Origin: Schmidtea polychroa
Lineage: Eukaryota
Assembly (NCBI GenBank): GCA_044892525.1
Contig: CM097885.1
Location: 19,284,001-19,348,000 of the forward strand
DNA length: 64,000 nt
Reading direction: 5' to 3'
Position numbers and translations under genes: made by a program. The notes under the pieces are model-generated. The model did not search any database and was not told where the DNA came from. It saw only the letters and a list, made by a program, of their open reading frames with translations. This document shows, piece after piece, positions 14,647 to 27,086 of the stretch (position 1 is its first letter; the number at the start of each line of letters is the position of its first letter).

Positions 14647-14790
14647 TAAAACAATAAAATGATAATTTTAGCCTTTTGCTGCAAATAATGTATTTAATTA
14701 AAATATTTTCGACTATAAGATAGTCCTTGTCAATCTACTGGAATTTAGCAATATTCTTCTCAAAAATACCTTTCAATCTTTCTTTTATTT
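14431..14790. repeat. Direct duplication of ~135 bp separated by (TTC)n(TTA)n
   Basis: caataaa.tgataattta.gccttttgctgcaaataat...caaaaatacctttcaatctttc occurs twice. Confidence 0.85.
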
Positions 14791-14810
14791 CCTTTCTCTT
14801 AATTCTCATT

Positions 14811-15350
14811 AGTAGTATATAATGAGGACTCCGGGACACTTTCAAGGTCATGGAATATCAAGATCAAATATAGGTCAATTGAATCATTTATTATTATTAT
14901 TATTTTTTTTTTAAATTAACATTTTATTTAATTACTTCTTTTTAATTTTTTCTTTATAATTTTATTAATTAATTAATTTATGATGTTATATTTTTTTTAC
15001 TTACTTTAGTTAATTTTTAATTTAGTACATTTAATTAATTTGTTTATTAATATTTTATTTTAATTACCTTCGCTATTTAATTATTATTATTATTATTATT
15101 TTTTTTTTAATTTTAATATTATTTAATTACTTCTATTTATTTATTTTATTTTTTTTCTCTTTAATTATATTAATTAATTATTTTATGATGTTGTATTTTT
15201 AATTACTTACTTTAGTTAATTTTTAATTTATTACATTTAATTAATTAATTTGTTTTTTAATATTTTGTTTTAATTACTAACGTTATTTAATTATTATTAT
15301 TATTATTTATTTTATTTATTTATTTATTATTTTTTAATTTTACATTTACA
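14811..15350. mobile_element. Candidate terminus of a Polinton-like element (AGTAGT) followed by a ~180 bp subterminal duplication
   Basis: AGTAGTATATAATGAGGACTCCGGGACACTTTCAAGGTCA lies ~870 bp downstream of the pPolB stop. No partner TIR seen in the window. Confidence 0.4.
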
Positions 15351-18300
15351 TTATATTCTAACAAGAACGTAAATTATAACAATAATATTTCAATTTGAAT
15401 AAAATTTTAATTAGTAATTATTCAATTCGAATAAAATTTTAATTAGAAATTATTTAATTTATTATAAAATAAAACGATGATTTAATTTTAGATAAACCGG
15501 ATATTAATATTTCGGAAAAAATAAATAAATAAATAAAATAAACACGAAAATAATATTTCTTACTTGAAACTAATTATCTAAAATAATTGGACAAATGAAT
15601 TATTAAATGATAAAACATATTTTAATTAACGAAGACAAATTATTCACAATATATATTTTATTATTCACATAAATTTAATTGTTAAAGTGCTTGTTTCGAT
15701 TTGCATTCATTTCTAGACATAGCAGTTGCAATATGCATTTGGCGAATCTTATAGTGACCGTAGGCATAACTTTCATTACAATTGTACCAATACCTTTTAT
15801 CGTCCAAACATTGGAGAGCTCGTTTTTCTGTCATGAAAGTATACAACTGATGATTGACACTTCCTATTCTTTTTTGTGGGATGCTCACTGTTCCACCATC
15901 AGTATACACTTTTTTATAGGCTTCATGTGTAATATTAGAATTTGTAAGTCTTGTTCCTTTGGCTTTTAGAGTGTTTTTATCGCCTTGGAGTGAGTAGCAC
16001 TTGGGTCGAAGAAACACCCATTCTTTATATTGATTTCCTTTATTCTCATCCTTAACTTTCCCGATTACAGAACAGATTTTATCAGAGAACAACAGATCGG
16101 TCACTGGATAATTTGAAGTATCTAGGAGCCCATCTTCAATCATTTTTGGATATAGTTGTAAGCGTAAATCTACATTTTTACACTCTAAAAAGAAGGAATC
16201 TGTGTCACCAGCTACGATATTAATTTGACAATTGAATTCTTCTTTATAACTCTGTAGTTCTTTATATTGAAATTGGTACATGCGAAGTTTGGATAAATCA
16301 AGTACGGTTTGTCCAATATACATTGGTCTATCTAAACGCACAATTTCCTTATTGAGTATAACAGCATAGAGATCATCCGCAATCTTGATGCTACGACGAA
16401 ACATAGGATGACTAGAATAAGTTATCAATCTTTTGCTTTTGTTGCATAATCTCAAATTTATACGTTTCTTCAAGTTTTCCACAGTTTTACCGTATAAACT
16501 GTTGTTCTTTAACTTATAATAATCTCGCTGAAACGAATCCGTACTAGCTGCTCTCATTTTGGTATTGTAATCAATATATCCTTTGAAAATTGCCACTTGT
16601 TTGAATTGTTTGATTAACTTTTGTGACTTTTGCGCCATAACTCAACCACTCTGTCAAAACTCTACCATTAACTACATAGTTTTTCTTAGGCTCATGAGTT
16701 AACAACAGCTTTTCAACTTTACTACCAGGCGGATAACAAAGCTCAGGAGCTATAGGTAAATCATCTAGTTTATCTTGTATACTATCAGGAATGACGATAT
16801 CAACCTCCAAAACATATCCACGATCTCCATCAAACTCATCCCCATTTGCACATCTTTCAACAATACCATTCATTTCAGTCTGATCATTTATCCATCTAAA
16901 TTCACCAATAGGAAGTTTTTGCGACAGCGCCCATCCATATAAATTATTAACATCTAGGTATGACATTTGTGTTGATTCATCAGCTTCAACATGATGTTTG
17001 TTGATAAATGACATTCCACCACGAATACCAGCTTCAAATAAACGGTAAAGCTCTGGATCTTGAATAAGTTCTACCAGTTCAGGTAACTGTTTAATAGCTG
17101 ATGCCCAACTTAATCCGGGTATGGAAACAAACGATAGAGCCTCAAGTCCATCTTCGTCAAATGTTTTTTCTCTGAAAGCTTCAAAAACATCGGCCAACAG
17201 AAAAACATCCAGCTTGAGATATATTAGCATGTAATCTAGCAGTGTCTCACAGTTGTATTGTCGCCAGATTCGATTTGCATGTATATAATCTTCTTCACTA
17301 ACTCCCTCCCAAATCGGTGGTAATTCTGTTATTGACTGTAAAACATCCATTGATGTAGCCATATCATAAGGAAAAATGGTTTTACAAGTCATCATCTGTG
17401 ATTCGAAAACATCTGAGGTCAGTGGAAGACATGGTAAATCTTTTGATAAATTTGCCAAGCTGCTATTTAAAAATTGTAAAGAATCAATGAATCTAATTAT
17501 TCTGCCATTCGATGTCGCTGTAAGTGTGAGACACTTTTCTGTTGATTGAGGGATAATATTTAAATTCCAATCAGGGAATTTTCCAATTGAATATTTTAAT
17601 ATATGATGAATGTCATATCCACGAAGATTATGAAATACAACAGGTAAAGACGGATTGATTCTTCTAGCCAAGTTGCAATCTTGACATGCTGCTCCGAGAT
17701 ATTGACCAGTAAAATGATCATGATCTCGAACAGGTATATTGATAATCTTTTTACAAAGGTAGCAATGAGTTTGATTCGTAAATTCTTCCTGCTGTTCCCA
17801 AGTGAGTTCCATCATTTCCTTTAATCCATTAATTTTATACCACGGATAAACTATGTCTGTAGCTATATCATCCAATGCTTGTATGAACTGAATGATACAG
17901 TTTTCCCCAACAAATGTTTCATTTCGGATCGGACAACCTTGATGAAGAAGCACAAATTCAGATGCAATCGGCTCATGTTTTTGGAAGTGTTTGTCATCTA
18001 GATGTAATATCGATTCAAAGTCCGCGTAGACAACAAACTGCTGTTTTATAGTTTTACTCCAGCCTTTAAATTCGATATATTTATTCTCTGGCATTGAGTA
18101 TAGAGTCGTCCGCTCCACATTCTTCCTACAAAGACCTATATGTCTTTCAAAAGCAGGACGTTTTCGAAACCCATGAAGACATGTATGACACCATTGTGAT
18201 TGGATTCTGACTCCTTCTACTCTATCTCTGTAATTCAGCAGTCGATCGAGATTGTTTACAGCCAAAAAATGATAATTTAATTCTAAAATTTAGTTAATAT

Positions 18301-18539
18301 TTTTAATGATTAAAAGAAATATTACCTTCTTCAATCAATAAGAGATATAATTGAGATCCCGTCGAAGTACTTCTATATACCAAGTCAACGAACGGATTCT
18401 TGAAAATATCACTAGTTTTTTGTTTAATTGGATCTTTATTATATTTGAGAATATTGATCGCTAGATTAGGATTCATTGCCTCAAATTGGCAAATGTTAAC
18501 CAACTTCATTGGAAACCAATCTGATTTCCATTTTAACTC

Positions 18540-18603
<64 letters not shown>

Positions 18604-18606
<3 letters not shown>

Positions 18607-19026
18607 TGCTCGAAGTGAGGCGGGATAGCCGGAATATCATCCCGGCATTGATTATGTAGGCGGAATTGCATCCCGGCACTTCATTTCATATAATCTATAG
18701 GTTTATCCCGGTACTTATTTCATTTTATAGGCACACAAATACTGCAATTAAGGTCACACATAGTACATCCATATATGTATGTATATATATATTCTTTATT
18801 CTCTATTCTCTATTCAATTAAGAATTTCCCAAGCAGCAGTAATGGATAGGTAGGTATATTCTGAAACTTATGATTAAATGGGTGGACACCCCCCCCCAAA
18901 AAAAAATTTGTTGGACACCCCCCAAAGTTTTGAAAAACACCCCCAACTGAAAATTTCTGCATAAAAGCCTGGAATCCCGGGTGCCACAGCATGCCTATCC
19001 CGGCACATATTTTGTTCCACTTCGAG

Positions 19027-19031
<5 letters not shown>
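18604..19031. mobile_element. MITE (CAGTG termini, hAT-like) in a (TA)n tract inside a pPolB intron
   Basis: TIRs CAGTGCTCGAAGTG / CACTTCGAGCACT and subterminal ATCCCGGCA repeats. TSD is obscured by (TA)n. Confidence 0.8.
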
Positions 19032-19113
<82 letters not shown>

Positions 19114-19119
19114 AATGTA

Positions 19120-20260
<1,141 letters not shown>

Positions 20261-21677
20261 GAATGATATAAATATATATTACCACTTACATTATATTTCA
20301 TTACTCTTTCTCTGTGGTGTTTTATGTCATCATAATGCAATACGGCCAGTATGCTATATAAAAAGCAGAATTGATCGTTATTTTGAACATTAACTAAAGC
20401 CTGACAGTTTTTCAGGTAATTTGGCGTTTTAATATAACTTGAACCTAAGTAAATATCTTGATTTATATATATAATAATGTAAATAAACTTACCAGATACA
20501 TGTATTATGTCTGATAATTTAGTTAAAATCATAGTAACTTCTAATATTTTATGAATTCTCCACCCACTACTTTGTTGAGTGTATTTCTCCAACTTTTCTT
20601 TTAATTTTTCAATTCCATCATTAATAAATGAAGATGACATTGTAATTGCTTTATTCGACAAACACCATTTTTTAATTTCACCATCCTCTTTGATAAACTC
20701 TGCACAAAGTCCAAATTGGATTTTTACTGTCCCCATTCGTTGAATATGATCTTCTATTTCTTTGATGAGACAATCTTGAACAACAATGTCAGGAGAATTA
20801 ATTGCAGATACATCGCTTGTCAATTCAACACGAGAACCATTTAAGTCAGACTCATGACGTGGACACAATTGTATGTTAGAGTCTCCATTTCCATAAAATA
20901 TTGACTTTCGATTTGTGGTGCCAGAGTTTTGTCTAACTATATTTATAATTAATATTAAACAACTTAAATAACATAACTTGTAACATATTCTTTAATCTGC
21001 TTAGGATCGTATGATGTATTCATTTTCGATTGTACTATAAAAAATTAATAATTGTTAATAGTAGAAAGAGTATTACTTTTAGTGATCATCCTGCTCTTCG
21101 TTTCTTCGAATCTTCTAAGATGGTCTCCGTGTTGTCGTACAAACATTAACCACCTACCTGGTGATATAATGAGACATTCCGGACATATGTAACCCGATAA
21201 GGTAGAGTCATTTATCTTGAAATATGATGATGTAACTGATTTACAGTTCTCCACATCTTCATGACTTTCGGCAATACAAAATTTATATAAACTGCATCCG
21301 TTCACTAAAAGAAAATAATCATTAATATTAGATAGATAATAAAAAATTATTCACTTATATAAGTTAAATTAAAAGTTAGAGATAAAATTTAATTTTCTAT
21401 AAAATGGATTGATCTAGAGTTTAAAATGTTGTATTATTTTATTACTTTGTTGCAATATTTTTATAATCTTATAACAATTTCCTTAAATATTTTACATCTG
21501 GTGAAATATTTCCGAAATATGTTATTACTTTGTTGTAATTTACTGAAAGACTTCACAATTTATTACAATATTCTTTTTAATTTGTTGTCCGTCTTCGAAA
21601 TAATGTATTGATTTGTCCCAATTAACATCATTATTTTATTACTTTGTTGCAATATTTATATTAATAATATTAATAAT

Positions 21678-21758
<81 letters not shown>

Positions 21759-21775
21759 TGTGGTGATAATAATAA

Positions 21776-22876
21776 TGTTAGGGATAGGCCTGGAGCCTTG
21801 TTGATTAAATAAATAAAAATTACTAAAATTAGAAATAGTATAAATAAAAATTACTGAAAATAAAAGATAGGTTTTATTAATTACTATTAATAGAATTAAG
21901 TAATATATAGGAATATTTGATAATACTATTACTATATATAGTAATTATAAAATTGCTATTAAGATAATAAATAATTAAAATGTAATATAAATACTGGTTC
22001 AAAACGAGAACCAAGGGACGATAAACATTGAGAAGAATTTGGACGATAAAATTGACGATAACTTGCGGACAAGAAAACTGGCAAGAAAGTGGGAAAAACA
22101 ATTGAAACAATAATTTAGAAAATTATTATTATTTTTAAAGAAAACGTGATTAAAGAATCACTGTTGTTGATCAAAATTAAGTTAAGAAGTTCAACAGTTG
22201 TCTACAATAAAGCAAACGTGATTAAAGAATCACTGTGATCATCAAACAACCAGACGACAATCCAACTCAAATTCCAGATCAATTTCAAACTTGAAAAGTG
22301 ACTATAAATTGTCAAACCGAACAAACAAGAAGGAGAGCGAGAATAATTCTGGAGAAAAATTTGAACAGGTTCGTGAAACGAAAAACAGAAAAGGAGCCAT
22401 TAATCTAGAAGGTAAAAGAAGTTCAGTATTTGAGTTGTGTAAGGATAAATTATTATCCTTGTGAAGTGAGATAGTTAAAGTAAAGCGAACACAAAGCACA
22501 GACAGCGGCTTTCGTGTTACCTGGTAGCCCCAAAATCAGCCCTCTTGCTTTACCATCATCTTTTCAATTTATTTAGCGATCGTTGTACTACAAAGGAGCC
22601 ATCGATTTCTTGCAGGCTGTGGTAAACAGTAAGGATTAATAAATCCGTTTTCTTGTACTCTTTGTACATATATTATAAAGTTCATTTGTAAATTATAAAA
22701 TACATTTTTATAAAAAGAGAAAGGAGTTTTTGTTTTTAATTCAGTGATTTGAACATTTAGACGCGCAACCACATTTGAATATAACTTATTTATATTTATT
22801 TTTGTTTATTTATCTTAATTAATTTATTGGAGTCATTTGTGTTAAGATCTGTAGTCCCCGTTTTTCGATTTTAACA
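21776..22876 (+). repeat. 5' LTR
   Basis: 1101 bp. About 8 differences from 35002-36101, counted by eye. Confidence 0.97.
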
Positions 22877-22879
22877 TTT

Positions 22880-22897
22880 TGGTGAGCCCGACGTGAT
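22880..22897 (+). promoter_or_regulatory. Primer binding site, tRNA-Trp
   Basis: TGGTGAGCCCGACGTGAT starts 3 nt after the LTR. It is one mismatch from the complement of the canonical eukaryotic tRNA-Trp 3' end (TGGTGACCCCGACGTGAT). Confidence 0.85.
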
Positions 22898-23013
22898 CTA
22901 ATTTACGGGGGAATAAGAATTTTATTTATAAAAGGCAAACATCTTTTTGAATCATTGAGTTAAGAAATAGAAGGGTAATAAATTTAAGACCAGGTAATAG
23001 AAACCAGCAAATA

Positions 23014-24060
23014 ATGGCAGAGATAAATAATTTACAAAATTTAAACGAGAATAATCTACAAAATAATAATATGCCAGTAGCTCAACTACCAGTGGTAGAT
23101 TTTATGAGATACCCAACAATTCCGATTAAACCATTTAGTGGAAACCCAGGGGAGTTTCCGGAATTTATGTCCGAATATTTTCAGTTAGCCAGAGCATTAG
23201 GATTCCCGGAACCGGTAATGATTTTGAGATTACCTTTATATTTAAAAGGGATGGCGCGGGAAATATATAACGATGTTATAATAGCCGAGCATCCAGTTGA
23301 ATGGAATGTATTGCGATTAGCGTTACAAAACAGAATATTACGGGGGGATGCAACTAGAGTGCTGAGACAACAGTTTTAAAACAGGCGACAAAATTCGGGT
23401 GAGCATGTTGGGGAATTTTCATATCAAATAATGATGTTGACAGAGAGAGCATTTGGCAATAGGGCAGCCTGGAATGATGCGACTAGAGCATTAGTGAAAG
23501 ATCAGTTTTGGACAGGGTTATCGTCTGCAATGAGAAATGCACTCAGTTTACACATAGGAGATAATTTAAAGGAATTAACTCGCAAAGCGTGTTTAATTGA
23601 AAGTAGCATTGAAAAGTCAAATAAATTTGCAATTAGTAGCAATAAGGCAGACATTGAGTGTTTCAATTGTCATAAAAAGGGACATATGTCAAAAGATTGT
23701 AAAAGTAGGAATAATTCTCCAGGGGACAAATTATGTACCAAGTGTGGGAGAAATAATCATGTGGCATCAAACTGTAGAATTTCGGACTTAAATTGTGAGA
23801 AATGCAAGCGCAAGGGACATGTAGCGTCAGTTTGTAAAGCTAGTTTTGGGGGGAATAATTCAAATAATAACAGTAATAGAAATAGAAGCCCCGATATGAA
23901 TTTTCGTGGTAATAATAATAATAATAACTTTCAGAGTAGAAATAATAATTTTATAATAATATTAAAAGGGATGAAGTAAATTCGGGGGGTAAAATTAAAT
24001 GTCATAAGTGTGGAAAATTTGGTCATATTATGCGTTCATGTCCACAGAATCAGTTATCTA
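23014..24060 (+). pseudogene. Gag with four CCHC zinc knuckles
   Basis: IKPFSGNP..F and RRQNSGEHVGEF capsid motifs. Knuckles CFNCHKKGH, CTKCGRNNH, CEKCKRKGH, CHKCGKFGH. In-frame TAA at 23377 and a -1 shift near 23950 into the frame of the 24030 ORF. Confidence 0.9.
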
Positions 24061-27000
24061 ATAACAATGGTAGTGGCAACAATGGTAATAATCGATCAAA
24101 GCAGACAACGTTTGCAGTGAATTCAGATCACAAATTAACGTATTTGCAGCAGCTTGAATTAGAAATTCAAGAAGAGAGAAACAGGTTAGCGAGGCTAACA
24201 ACAAATGAAACTGATGAGTACGATGAAAATGAAGGTGTTTATATGACGTCAGCCAGAAAAAGTCGAAATAAAAATAATTATGTAGAACTTGAAGTGTTGA
24301 TGCTTCAAGAGAGTCCAAGGGAGGACAAAGAGGAAAAGACTATGGTCATGGAACCAGAGGTCTGTGAGGGTTTACAGGTTTCACACAGGAAAAATCTAGT
24401 GGCTGTGACCATGGAGCCAGAAGCCAACAGAGAAATAGAAGGTTTACCGGTTTCACCAGTTAAAAATCGTAATGGTATGGACATGGATCCAGTAGCCAAT
24501 GTAATTGTTTCAACAGACGTTTTGGAAAAAAGATGGGCTTCGGTCATTGAGCCGGAAGTTCTTATAGCCACATCATCCATGCGAGGTGAGTGTGGTAGTG
24601 AACCAATAAAGGTTAGAGAAGCATCGAAAGAGGAAAGAAATCCCATCGATGACTGTAGAAAAGTATTATTACGCAAGAGCGTATGGCAAAGAGAAATGAG
24701 ACAGAAATTAGAAAATATTCGTTTAAACCCCGTTAAGGAGGATGAGGTTGACAAAACAATGGAAATCATATCAGAATTAGACAGAAATGAGGAATATTAT
24801 CCAGAATTGAGAGAAATTCTGAGAAATATCGGCCTAAATTGGAAACAAAGAGAGAATCTGGAAGATTCTACAATTTTTGTATCTTTCCCAAAGGGTTGTT
24901 TTCGTAGATATACAATTAACCCAAGTGAAAAAGTAGAAGCCTTGGCAAAGAGAGTTCCTGTGGTAAAACCTCAATTGAGATGCAAACTATATTTATTGGG
25001 AGAAAGATTATTAGAGGGAGAAACCCTGTTAGATTGTGGTATATTACCAGGGAAAAGTATTGTCATAAAAGCAAAGTTTCACAAGGAAACTGTTACAGTA
25101 GTGGACTTGGATAATGTCCTTACAATAAGCGAGATGGAAATTGATCAGTTAAATCAAATATCAGCCGTACCACATAGATTGGGAATCGAGCTGATGAAAA
25201 ACCCAAGAGATGGGGAAACCATTAAGATGATAATGGATTGGATACTGGAGTTGCGAATCCCAGTAGATACTCTTAGAGAGATAATGCCATTGGTGGTGCC
25301 TTTAGTAAAAGAGACATCACAATTTCAGACACAAACAAAGATGCTGTTGATTAAAAATGGACATGCTATCAGGCATTTGGAAGGTAGACAAGGTCCAGTG
25401 ACTTTAAAGATCAGGATACCCAGGAGAGGACACCTGATACAACAATTCTCATGTTATCATAGGGTAAAGAAACTGAGAAAAAGGATATCAGAAATATTAA
25501 AAGAGTCATTCCTAATAATGATACTTGGTTGTCAGGTGGATGACGACGAATTTCTAGTAGATGTTGGATGTTTTCCCAATGAGGAAACAGTCGTATTAAT
25601 ATTACTGGTAGAGTTTCCAGAGCATCAATGGGTAACATTGAGATTGCCAGATAATGCTGAAATGGAGGATGAAACAGTACATCCTGAGCAAAAACAAGTA
25701 GACGGGAATACTCATCAGGAACCCGTAACTACAGTAGATTTAGATGAAAAAATAGATAAGTATCTCAAGGAACTCGATAACACTGAAGACGAGTTGGTCG
25801 AAATATCTCCTACAGAGGAAGATAATGAAGTACAATTAAATCGAGATGAAACAAACATCGGAGCTAGTACATCACGACAAGTCGAGCCACCAAGAAAAAG
25901 GGTGAGACCGAAGTTAGTAGAGAATAAAAAGAAAAAGGAGAGAAGGGGTAGACCGAGGAAAAGTCAAATGAACCCGCCTCCAAGAGAACTTCTAAAACCA
26001 GTTACAATACAAAATGTAACTAAGCAGGCTTTAGCGGGGATAGCTAGCCAAATTGATAAAAGTGTTGGAGACGCTAGTGATAAAACGGAAACATGGAAAA
26101 GATTAAATCAAATCTTACGACTGATTAAGCTCCATTGGCAAATCAAGAAAGATAAAAGTGTTAATGTTGACAAAATTGCAGAAAAAGTCAAGAAAGCTAT
26201 GGAAAAGATTCCAGGAAGCACTACAGAACAGGAGATGTTCGAAATAGCAGGACAATTCATAGATGAAGGCCTGACGAAAGGGAAAATGATAACGATTCTA
26301 GCATTAATGTTTAAAAATGCATTGAGCATAATTAAAGATGATTCGTCGAAAATTCCAGCAGCTATAGACAAGCTGACTGATATCATCGAAGTGAATTTCG
26401 GAACATGGATGACGGAGCACAAGTTTTGGGATATAAAAGAAACGAAAGGAAAATATGAATTGAATGAAGAGTTGTTGACAGAAAATATTTCAAGTAGTCC
26501 ACGGGGAACAGGTGGATTTACTAGTTGGATGATGATGTTGTTGGTAATGATGAGAATATTGCGACAGACAAATTCCCTCACGGCATATGATTGTAGTGAA
26601 CCAATACTATCGCGAATCTACTCATTAGTAGACACAGTGGAATGCAAGGAAGCATATCCAGATAAAGTTGCAAAAAGGGAAGACGTAGAATATCATGTTT
26701 ATCAGCAAACAGAGTTTTACAGAACCAGAGTGAGGGAATATCGAATACAGAGAGCGACGTTCGAATATTACTGTGGATCGAATAGTTATTCAGCATTTTT
26801 AGGAGCTAAACTCATTTCTATACCGTTAATCATCCCACCAGAGGATTGTGTAAATGCTTTTCGGTCAAAAACAGTTAAAATAGATCATGAGGTAACGATT
26901 ACCGCAGAAGAAGGGAAAAAGTTGGGTATAACTATTACCCGGGGAGGACCGATAGCATATTCTGGTTCTTGTCATGGTAGAAAGAAAGTAAGAGGTTCTA

Positions 27001-27083
27001 ATGTAGTAAGCTATGTGGTAACAGTCGAGGATTACACGGTAGAGCTGATCGAGTACGAAGGAACTTTCGAAGTATCCACGTGA
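24030..27083 (+). CDS. Polyprotein segment: two ubiquitin-like domains, Bcl-2-like domain, signal peptide, N-terminal part of glycoprotein
   Basis: UBL1 ~24870-25080 and UBL2 ~25398-25610. BH1/BH2-like motifs at 26232-26432. Hydrophobic segment 26526-26576, then LTAYDC. Same frame as the 27087 ORF, separated by one TGA. Confidence 0.75.
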   Translation: MRSCPQNQLSNNNGSGNNGNNRSKQTTFAVNSDHKLTYLQQLELEIQEERNRLARLTTNETDEYDENEGVYMTSARKSRNKNNYVELEVLMLQESPREDKEEKTMVMEPEVCEGLQVSHRKNLVAVTMEPEANREIEGLPVSPVKNRNGMDMDPVANVIVSTDVLEKRWASVIEPEVLIATSSMRGECGSEPIKVREASKEERNPIDDCRKVLLRKSVWQREMRQKLENIRLNPVKEDEVDKTMEIISELDRNEEYYPELREILRNIGLNWKQRENLEDSTIFVSFPKGCFRRYTINPSEKVEALAKRVPVVKPQLRCKLYLLGERLLEGETLLDCGILPGKSIVIKAKFHKETVTVVDLDNVLTISEMEIDQLNQISAVPHRLGIELMKNPRDGETIKMIMDWILELRIPVDTLREIMPLVVPLVKETSQFQTQTKMLLIKNGHAIRHLEGRQGPVTLKIRIPRRGHLIQQFSCYHRVKKLRKRISEILKESFLIMILGCQVDDDEFLVDVGCFPNEETVVLILLVEFPEHQWVTLRLPDNAEMEDETVHPEQKQVDGNTHQEPVTTVDLDEKIDKYLKELDNTEDELVEISPTEEDNEVQLNRDETNIGASTSRQVEPPRKRVRPKLVENKKKKERRGRPRKSQMNPPPRELLKPVTIQNVTKQALAGIASQIDKSVGDASDKTETWKRLNQILRLIKLHWQIKKDKSVNVDKIAEKVKKAMEKIPGSTTEQEMFEIAGQFIDEGLTKGKMITILALMFKNALSIIKDDSSKIPAAIDKLTDIIEVNFGTWMTEHKFWDIKETKGKYELNEELLTENISSSPRGTGGFTSWMMMLLVMMRILRQTNSLTAYDCSEPILSRIYSLVDTVECKEAYPDKVAKREDVEYHVYQQTEFYRTRVREYRIQRATFEYYCGSNSYSAFLGAKLISIPLIIPPEDCVNAFRSKTVKIDHEVTITAEEGKKLGITITRGGPIAYSGSCHGRKKVRGSNVVSYVVTVEDYTVELIEYEGTFEVST

Positions 27084-27086
27084 AAA

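Noticed and set aside
22302..22772. Small minus-strand ORFs duplicated at 35527-35997
   Set aside because: They lie within the LTRs, are duplicated only for that reason, and show no recognisable motif.
23946..23953. Programmed -1 frameshift at T AAT TTT
   Set aside because: Not a canonical X XXY YYZ heptamer, and it falls between Gag zinc knuckles. A 1 nt deletion is simpler, though recoding is not excluded.
27081..27086. Programmed readthrough of TGA as a gag-pol style junction
   Set aside because: It lies mid-ectodomain and lacks a CARYYA/CUAG context. A point mutation (e.g. GGA>TGA) is more likely.
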